Shown here: positions 62,553 through 64,000 of the stretch, piece after piece
Layout of the letters: each line of letters starts with the position of its first letter
Numbering within the stretch: the first letter of the stretch is position 1
Origin: an uncultured Chloroflexia bacterium
Lineage (GTDB): Bacteria; Chloroflexota; UBA6077; JACCZL01
Assembly (NCBI GenBank): GCA_963765765.1
Contig: CAVXYC010000021.1
Location: 1-64,000 of the forward strand
Direction of reading: 5' to 3'
DNA length: 64,000 bases
Notes under the pieces: model-generated
What the model saw: the letters and a program-made list of their open reading frames with translations, nothing else
Told to the model about the DNA's origin: nothing
Databases searched by the model: none
Position numbers and translations under genes: made by a program

Positions 62553-63373
62553 CTAGGGGTGGATGAGCCGACTCGTTGTTGCAACGAGAAAGCCTTCTCC
62601 GCGCTCGAAGAAGTCTCCCACGACCTCGGCGAACGCCTCGGGCCTATCAGCGTCCAACGCGTGGCCGGCGTCATACATCAGTACGAAATTGCAGCGTGGC
62701 AGCGTGGCGCGATAGATCCGCCCCATCTCTGATGGGATGACACGGTCCAACGTGCCGAAAAGCACGAGTACGGGCAGGTCAAGCGTTTCCATGGCGCTCA
62801 GCAGATTCCGGATCTTGCGCTGGTCCGCGCAGTCGGCTGACGAGGGCTTCCTGCTTGGCGATGATCTCCGGAGCAAGTGGCGCCATCGGCGGCTGTCGCT
62901 CCGGGTGCGCGTAGAGCTGGCCGAGGCGATCTTGCGGCGATACCGGCGGCTGGATTCCTGATTCAGGGTCGAAGGGCGGCGGGCGCTGCCAGTACGAGTG
63001 CGTTCAGTGTCTCTGCGTGTCTGATGGCAAGCCATAGCGCCAATCGACCGCCGAACGAGTTTCCCAGCACTGCGCATCGATCGATGTCGATGCCGGCGAT
63101 GGCCGCGGCCATGGTGTCGGCCAGATCCTGAATTGATTGCGAGCGGTTGTTTTCAGGCGATGTGCCGAATCCAGGCACTTCGAACAGTACGACTCGAAAC
63201 TTCTCGGCAAGCAGCACGTGCGCGGGCGAGACACGAAGACCGCCGGCGCCATGGAAGCATACGAGTGGCTCACCTTCCCCACATTCGAGATAGCGGATAT
63301 GGAAGCCGTCTGCGTCGACGAAGTGCTCGCGAAAATCGGCGGATCTCAACGTGCTGGTTGAAGGTTGGGTCAC
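62553..63373 (-). CDS. alpha/beta fold hydrolase (frameshifted near 62970)
   Basis: HGAGG, PGFG, GNSFGG; C-terminal part has GTLD…AGH. Confidence 0.85.
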
Positions 63374-63423
63374 TCTTCAGGACTCCTCGACGACCGTAGT
63401 CAAAGCAGCCTAAGGACTTCTTC

Positions 63424-63507
63424 TCATCCTGGAGCGCAGCGAAGGATCTTCCCAGCGGTATCCAAGACTCTTGGTGGGGAAGATCCTTCGCTGCGCTCCA
63501 GGATGAC
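63424..63507. repeat. REP-like element (TCATCCTG…GAAGGATCT…AGATCCTTCGCTGCGCTCCAGGATGA)
   Basis: Long near-perfect inverted arms; same family as 31849 and 16234. Confidence 0.8.
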
Positions 63508-63601
63508 ATGGATTTCCTGACCGCGAATATTGAAAGCCGTCGGTAACTGTCAGTAACTATTGCCGGGTTCGTGGCCTGTGATCCCGCGGATCCTTGTGCC
63601 A

Positions 63602-64000
63602 TCATCCCAGCTCCTGCATGCGTGGAAGCACAGTCGTGCCGAACAGCTCGATGGCTTTGAGTGTCTTGTCTCGCCCGACGGGGCTGAAGCTGACGTCCAG
63701 AATGCCCGCTCCAAGCTCGGATCGAATCCAGCGGACGCGGTCAAAGACGTGGTCGGCATCGCCGGCAATGAGCTGGCCCAGCGAGATGCGCTCATCCAGC
63801 TCTCGTGCCTGCAGGCGGTCTTGCTGCGTGTGCGCGTCGCGACCATAGTAGCCGGCGGTGGCGGCGGCTGAGTCGAGTGCGCGGTTGCTCATGGCATAAC
63901 CGGGGCGACGTTGGCTGGCACCGGTGGCGATGAGATCATCCATCGCCTGCTGCGTCGTGTCGGCCACGTGGACGGTGAGGCGATAGAGCACGTGATCCGG
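63602..64000 (-). CDS. LLM class flavin-dependent oxidoreductase, C-terminal fragment (continues beyond the window)
   Basis: VHVADT, IAGDADHV, KAIELFGTTVLPRM is a typical LLM C-terminus. Confidence 0.7.
   Translation of the reverse strand, partial: PDHVLYRLTVHVADTTQQAMDDLIATGASQRRPGYAMSNRALDSAAATAGYYGRDAHTQQDRLQARELDERISLGQLIAGDADHVFDRVRWIRSELGAGILDVSFSPVGRDKTLKAIELFGTTVLPRMQELG

Overview
The window is two unrelated genomic segments joined at about nt 11708. Segment A (1-~11707) is very GC-rich and full of frameshifts, consistent with raw long-read indel errors. It looks like a diderm alphaproteobacterium (Acetobacteraceae-like) and carries an OmpA-family protein, an RraA-family protein, an M20 amidohydrolase, tamA-tamB, a nitronate monooxygenase, a Bug/TctC binding protein and a 3'-truncated PfkB kinase. 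Segment B (~11708-64000) has visibly lower GC and far fewer indels. Its gene style suggests Chloroflexota (inference): four paralogous phthalate/LigX-type Rieske oxygenase alpha subunits, three luciferase-like (LLM) oxidoreductases, lipoprotein solute-binding proteins with Pro/Ala linkers, TctABC, OphB-, PhtD- and LigJ-like enzymes, several REP-like palindrome families, and a CBS/PRTase/erythromycin-esterase/dienelactone-hydrolase stress cluster. The best candidate for an undescribed system is a tightly coupled minus-strand operon (21344->16493): a MidA/NDUFAF7-like SAM-binding protein, a catalytic-domain-only MetE, a MetF-MetV fusion and PurU. This may be an unusual route of methionine or C1 methyl transfer. 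Other notable items are a pair of secreted proteins sharing an unrecognised 41-aa TWG/W-H domain with acidic tails, and a duplicated promoter plus structured leader upstream of a TctC gene. Product calls come from motif recognition only; no database searches were run.
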